From: Candidatus Woesearchaeota archaeon
GTDB lineage: Archaea; Nanobdellota; Nanobdellia; Pacearchaeales; GW2011-AR1
Assembly (NCBI GenBank): GCA_964399015.1
Contig: CAYNOY010000001.1
Location: forward strand, 1 to 48,508
Reading direction: 5' to 3'
Length of the DNA: 48,508 bases
The notes beneath the pieces are model-generated. The model had not been told where the DNA came from. It worked only from the letters and a program-made list of their open reading frames with translations, and did not search any database. A program made the translations under genes and the position numbers. Every line of letters begins with the position of its first letter. Position 1 is the first letter of the stretch. Shown piece after piece: positions 45,054-48,508 of this stretch.

Positions 45054-45674
45054 ATGTGTAAGATGGTGAATCAAAAAGTTTTGATAAGAGATAAATATCG
45101 ACGGCATAAAAAAGTTTTTGTTTTTTTGGTGATAATGATATTGTTGGTTGTGACTATTTTGGTGATTTTTTTAATGGGATATTTATCTAAGGATGTAACG
45201 AATCAGATTGTTATTGAGAATCCTTTGAAAGGTCTTGTTTTTGCAAATACTAATGAGGCTGGGCAGGTTGATAAACAAGCAGTTGTTGAGCAGGCAGTAT
45301 TGGAATTTGATGCAGACTATATTAATTTTATTTTGTTTGCTTTAGGAATTGATAATCTTCATAAATCTTATGTGGGTTATGGGAATCCGGTGGTGGAGTT
45401 ACAAGTTGATAATGAAATTTGGTCTTCGGAGATTGATGGCGGTTTGTTGAATACTGCTCGTGTGGCTAATGCTGAAAAAGATTTAAAAATAACTATGAGT
45501 CGTCTGGAGGCTGTTGAGGCACTTTTGTCTTCGGATATAAATTTATTTATGAAAACTTCGGTGACAAATGGAAATACTCAAATAGAAATGGTTGCTAATA
45601 AGGTTGAGTTGGGTAGTAAGGGTTACTTGGCAATGTATAAGACGATTACTGGTGAAGAGATTTCTGCGGAGTGA
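45054..45674 (+). CDS. Membrane-anchored hypothetical protein
   Basis: ORF with one N-terminal transmembrane helix. Confidence 0.4.
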   Translation: MCKMVNQKVLIRDKYRRHKKVFVFLVIMILLVVTILVIFLMGYLSKDVTNQIVIENPLKGLVFANTNEAGQVDKQAVVEQAVLEFDADYINFILFALGIDNLHKSYVGYGNPVVELQVDNEIWSSEIDGGLLNTARVANAEKDLKITMSRLEAVEALLSSDINLFMKTSVTNGNTQIEMVANKVELGSKGYLAMYKTITGEEISAE

Positions 45675-45808
45675 TTGGTTAGTAATGATTTGTTGGTACT
45701 CAAAAATTAAGTAACTTGGATTTGTTACTGTTTGGTTAAATTTTTGTTACGAAACCTTTATAAGCGAATATATGACTTAAATATATAGATTGAAATGAGT
45801 ACATAAAA

Positions 45809-46102
45809 ATGTACGCATTGAATCATATAAACAAAATGAAAGATAATTTTGACATTTTTTTCCGCAGAAAGCCAGCATTAATGTTAGTAGCTTTAAGGAA
45901 ATTATCAAAGGCTCGATACGGTTCTGTATTAGCTAAAGAAGTAGACTGTACTTATTCGCATGCAGTCAAAATTTTGCAAACTCTAGAAGAACTAGGTTTA
46001 GTGAAGTTTGAAAAGAAAGGGCGAATAAAGTTGATAGAACTTACAAAGAAGGGTGAAGAGATTGCAGAACATATTGACCAGATAAAGAGAACCATAAACT
46101 AA
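45809..46102 (+). CDS. Small winged-helix transcription regulator
   Basis: YGSVLAKEVDCTYSHAVKILQTLEELGLVKFEKKGRIKLIELTKKG fits a wHTH (ArsR/MarR-like) fold. Confidence 0.55.
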   Translation: MYALNHINKMKDNFDIFFRRKPALMLVALRKLSKARYGSVLAKEVDCTYSHAVKILQTLEELGLVKFEKKGRIKLIELTKKGEEIAEHIDQIKRTIN

Positions 46103-46173
46103 TCCTTTTTTTATTTTTAGTTTTTTAATTGCTTAGATAGATTTAGCTTGTTTTGGATAAGAGTTTTGAGTTA

Positions 46174-46256
46174 TTTTCCGCCACCGCAGAAATCCGGTTT
46201 CACCTTTCCCATTTCTGCTCCTTGTATATTGATATTGTTGAATATAAATATTAATA
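46174..46256 (+). repeat. Family-1 structured intergenic element, copy 9 (divergent tail)
   Basis: Outer stem GCAGAAAT:ATTTCTGC and inner stem GGT-TTC-ACC. The tail is GTTGAATATAAATATTAATAA. Confidence 0.75.
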
Positions 46257-46279
46257 AACTTGGATTTATTTTGATTATT

Positions 46280-46600
46280 ATGGCGTTAGAAGATTTTGAA
46301 AAAACAGTTATGAAAAATATTAATCGTAATCTTGGAACTGATATGACAATTGAAGAAATTAGGAAAATGCCGATTGATGAATACAGGGTGCTAGTTGAGG
46401 AGATAAAGGGAAGACCGTTGAGATTTAGTTATGGAACTTTGCCTGGAGCCTCTACTGATTGTGATGGGAGTTGTTCGGGTTTGAGTCTTGTGGGTCAAGA
46501 ATTTATGAGTTCTAAGGAGTGTGATAAGGCAGGTCGTGATGCGGTAAAAGTTCCTTGGCATGAATATGTTAGCAGAGTTTATCAATGGTTTAAAAGATAA
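46280..46600 (+). CDS. Hypothetical protein
   Basis: Start set at the ATG at 46280. The ORF-track start at 46148 would translate through family-1 copy 9. Confidence 0.4.
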   Translation: MALEDFEKTVMKNINRNLGTDMTIEEIRKMPIDEYRVLVEEIKGRPLRFSYGTLPGASTDCDGSCSGLSLVGQEFMSSKECDKAGRDAVKVPWHEYVSRVYQWFKR

Positions 46601-46602
46601 TT

Positions 46603-47286
46603 TTATCTTGATTTATCTACGCCGTTTCTTTCGCACGATTCATTTATAGGGCATTTGCTACATAGGGGACTTATAGGTAGGCAGATGTTTTTTCCGAATA
46701 GGACGAATATTCCGTTGAAGTCTCCCCAGTATTCTTTTGGTAGGACTTTCATTAGGGCGAATTCTGATTTTTCTGCGGTTGGAGTTTTGATCCAGCCGAG
46801 TCTGTTTGGGATTCTGTGGCAGTGGGTGTCTATGGGAAGGACATCTTGATTGAATGCGAAGTTTAGTACAATGTTTGCTGTCTTTGGCCCTATGCCTTTT
46901 ATGGATATTAATTCTTCTCGAGTTGATGGTACTTGATTATTGAATCGATTAAGGATTTCATTTGAGGCATGTTTTAGGATTTGGGATTTCTTTTTATAGT
47001 GGCCTGTTGAGAAGATTATTTTTTCTAGTTTTGAAGTTGGGATAGAGATGATTTGTTGCGGAGTATCTGCTATTTTGAATAAATTTTCTGAGACTTTTTC
47101 TGTGACTTCGTCTTTTGTTCTTAGTGATAGAAGACACGAGATTAGAATTTTGAAAGCATCTTCTTTTCCCTTCATTCGATTAAGGGTAGTCCTGTCTGTG
47201 TAGTTGAAGTGTTGCTTTAGTTTGTTCATTGTTTGGGAGATGTTTTTGTGGGGAGGCATTTTGAAGGATGTTTTTGGTGGGGGCAT
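46603..47286 (-). CDS. nth: Endonuclease III (HhH-GPD DNA glycosylase with 4Fe-4S cluster)
   Basis: LISCLLSLRTKDEVT, the HhH motif IKGIGPKTANIV, and the cluster CLPISPLCSKCPINESC. An alternative start ATG at 47229 (MNKLKQHF) is plausible. Confidence 0.88.
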   Translation of the reverse strand: MPPPKTSFKMPPHKNISQTMNKLKQHFNYTDRTTLNRMKGKEDAFKILISCLLSLRTKDEVTEKVSENLFKIADTPQQIISIPTSKLEKIIFSTGHYKKKSQILKHASNEILNRFNNQVPSTREELISIKGIGPKTANIVLNFAFNQDVLPIDTHCHRIPNRLGWIKTPTAEKSEFALMKVLPKEYWGDFNGIFVLFGKNICLPISPLCSKCPINESCERNGVDKSR

Positions 47287-47287
47287 T

Positions 47288-47542
47288 TTAATTGTAAACT
47301 TTTGCTCGTTTATCTATCTTGACAATGCCAATAAATTTCTTAGAATAATCAATTTCATAAAGGACTCTAAAATTTCCTACACGTATCCTAAAGAGATTTC
47401 TATCTTTTAATTTTTTTGAATCTGTAATAATTGGGTCTTGTTTTAATAACTCCATTTTATTCAAAATTCTCTGTTTAGTAATATTATCTATATTCTTAAG
47501 AAATTTTTTGACTTGATTTGAAAAAAATAAATTAAACATCAT
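47288..47542 (-). CDS. relE: RelE/ParE-family type II toxin
   Basis: The 84 aa size and FRIRVGNFRVLYEIDYSKKFIGIVKIDKR fit the RelE pattern. It overlaps the upstream small gene by 4 nt. Confidence 0.75.
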   Translation of the reverse strand: MMFNLFFSNQVKKFLKNIDNITKQRILNKMELLKQDPIITDSKKLKDRNLFRIRVGNFRVLYEIDYSKKFIGIVKIDKRAKVYN

Positions 47543-47742
47543 AAATTGAGCTCTTTTTTCAATTGCTCATGTGAAATTAATTCTCCATTCTTTTTTTCTT
47601 TCTCGTAAGCTTCAATTGCTTGCATGTCATCCTCATCCAAAATTGTATCTGAATCTTGAATATTTGATTTAATATAATTTACGTCAGTTTGAAGTTTCTT
47701 TAATATTTCTAGAACTTCTGAATTTATTGTTTGTGTTTCCAT
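47539..47742 (-). CDS. Putative antitoxin partner of the RelE-like toxin
   Basis: A 67 aa acidic protein immediately upstream, overlapping the toxin gene by 4 nt. Confidence 0.55.
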   Translation of the reverse strand: METQTINSEVLEILKKLQTDVNYIKSNIQDSDTILDEDDMQAIEAYEKEKKNGELISHEQLKKELNL

Positions 47743-47838
47743 GTTATTTTAGAATTTTTTAGATATTTAAGTTTTTGTATTGAAAATTTATTGTAGAAAA
47801 TTTATATTTTTAATTAAAAGCGGGATTATATATTTATT

Positions 47839-48306
47839 TTAAATAATTCTTCTTGATAAATGAAGTAGTTTGTTATAAATCATAAATAAGCCCATTCCAA
47901 ATAAGATTAGGATTAAAATAAGTGGGATGATTGAAAAAAGAAAAATGCCTGCTGCTATAATTGCTATAATAAATTCTCCTGAATCTAATGTTCCCCCATA
48001 GTATTTTATCTCATTATTTTGTGAGATTAATTCTGAAGATATCGATATGATTGATAAAAAGATAGTTGAATTAATAATTCCCATCAGAATAACGTCTATT
48101 TTTTCCTTGTTATGAATTGAAAGAATAAAACCTAATAAGACATTTGAAATAATTAAATACAGGATAAAAATTAATGTTGTGGAAATAAAATCCTCTGAGA
48201 ATTCTTTCTTAAAATAAATGAACGAGAATATCCCCAATGCAAGATATATAATTAAAATAATCGAATTATATAAATCATATTTTTTTGTTAAGTTTCTAAT
48301 ATTCAT
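47839..48306 (-). CDS. Multi-pass membrane protein, hypothetical
   Basis: ORF with four or five hydrophobic helices. Confidence 0.4.
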   Translation of the reverse strand: MNIRNLTKKYDLYNSIILIIYLALGIFSFIYFKKEFSEDFISTTLIFILYLIISNVLLGFILSIHNKEKIDVILMGIINSTIFLSIISISSELISQNNEIKYYGGTLDSGEFIIAIIAAGIFLFSIIPLILILILFGMGLFMIYNKLLHLSRRII

Positions 48307-48313
48307 TTTAAAA

Positions 48314-48388
48314 AATGGCCTGCGGGCTCAGAAAATTTCTGATTCTCTGATTCTCAAAAAGGCATAGCCTTTTCTCGATGAATTGAAC
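48314..48388 (+). repeat. tRNA-3'-end-like unit carrying twin-hairpin module iv (module at 48328-48377)
   Basis: On the minus strand: GGGTTCAATTCA[module]GAGCCCGCAGGCCA followed by TTTTTT. It is repeated exactly 120 nt away. Confidence 0.65.
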
Positions 48389-48433
48389 CCATATGGGTAC
48401 AAATCCCTTAGGTAATATCCTTGGAGGATATTG

Positions 48434-48508
48434 AATGGCCTGCAGGCTCAGAGAATTTCTGATTCTCTGATTCTCAAAAAGGCATAGCCTTTTCTCGATG
48501 AATTGAAC
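48434..48508 (+). repeat. tRNA-3'-end-like unit carrying twin-hairpin module v (module at 48448-48497), truncated by the window edge
   Basis: It differs from 48314-48388 at two positions (48324/48444 and 48333/48453). Confidence 0.65.

Noticed and set aside
46148-46279. ORF-track starts that read through family-1 repeats: 46148..46600, 24736..24990 and 8622..8951
   Set aside because: The extended N-termini translate the conserved repeat hairpin. For the 46xxx gene, an ATG at 46280 just after the repeat gives a plausible protein. The other two ORFs have no support beyond being open.
48414-48432. Calling a tRNA-Trp(CCA) or tRNA-Pro(UGG) gene from the anticodon-like hairpin
   Set aside because: No D arm or matching acceptor 5' strand can be placed at the required distances on either strand. 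Only an isolated hairpin and a T-arm/acceptor-like 3' segment are present.

Overview
This is an AT-rich archaeal chromosome fragment. The gene content fits a small-genome, DPANN-like archaeon. Housekeeping genes I recognise by motif: ribosomal protein L15e, aRF1, NAC, Sec61-beta, RNA polymerase subunit L/Rpo11, RadB-like recombinase, ATP-dependent DNA ligase, an OB-fold/DHH RecJ/Cdc45-like nuclease, type IA topoisomerase, endonuclease V, endonuclease III, Met-, Val- and Ser-tRNA synthetases, ScpB, MinD/ParA, a SlyD-type FKBP, tRNA-Ile(GAU) and tRNA-Gly(CCC). Many small membrane or hypothetical genes lie between them. Most genes look leaderless, with a TTTAAATA-type box about 28-32 nt before the ATG. 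The unusual content is non-coding: four families of short structured repeats. (1) Nine co-oriented copies of an ~80-nt intergenic element, each with two nested stems that show compensatory base changes. (2) Three copies of a two-hairpin element just 3' of + strand genes. (3) A structured ~70-nt 5' leader upstream of serS, also present as a tandem pair upstream of a zinc-ribbon gene. (4) A ~50-nt twin-hairpin insertion module found inside members of families 1 and 2 and inside tRNA-like T-loops, with uninterrupted comparator sites in the same window. Also noted: a ParB-like ORF split by an in-frame TAG, an ATP-cone/PD-(D/E)xK nuclease fusion, a RelE-type toxin-antitoxin pair, a stand-alone tRNA-binding domain next to a C-terminally short MetRS, and a divergent accessory-looking left end. 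All homology calls come from motifs read in the translations. No database search or folding program was run.
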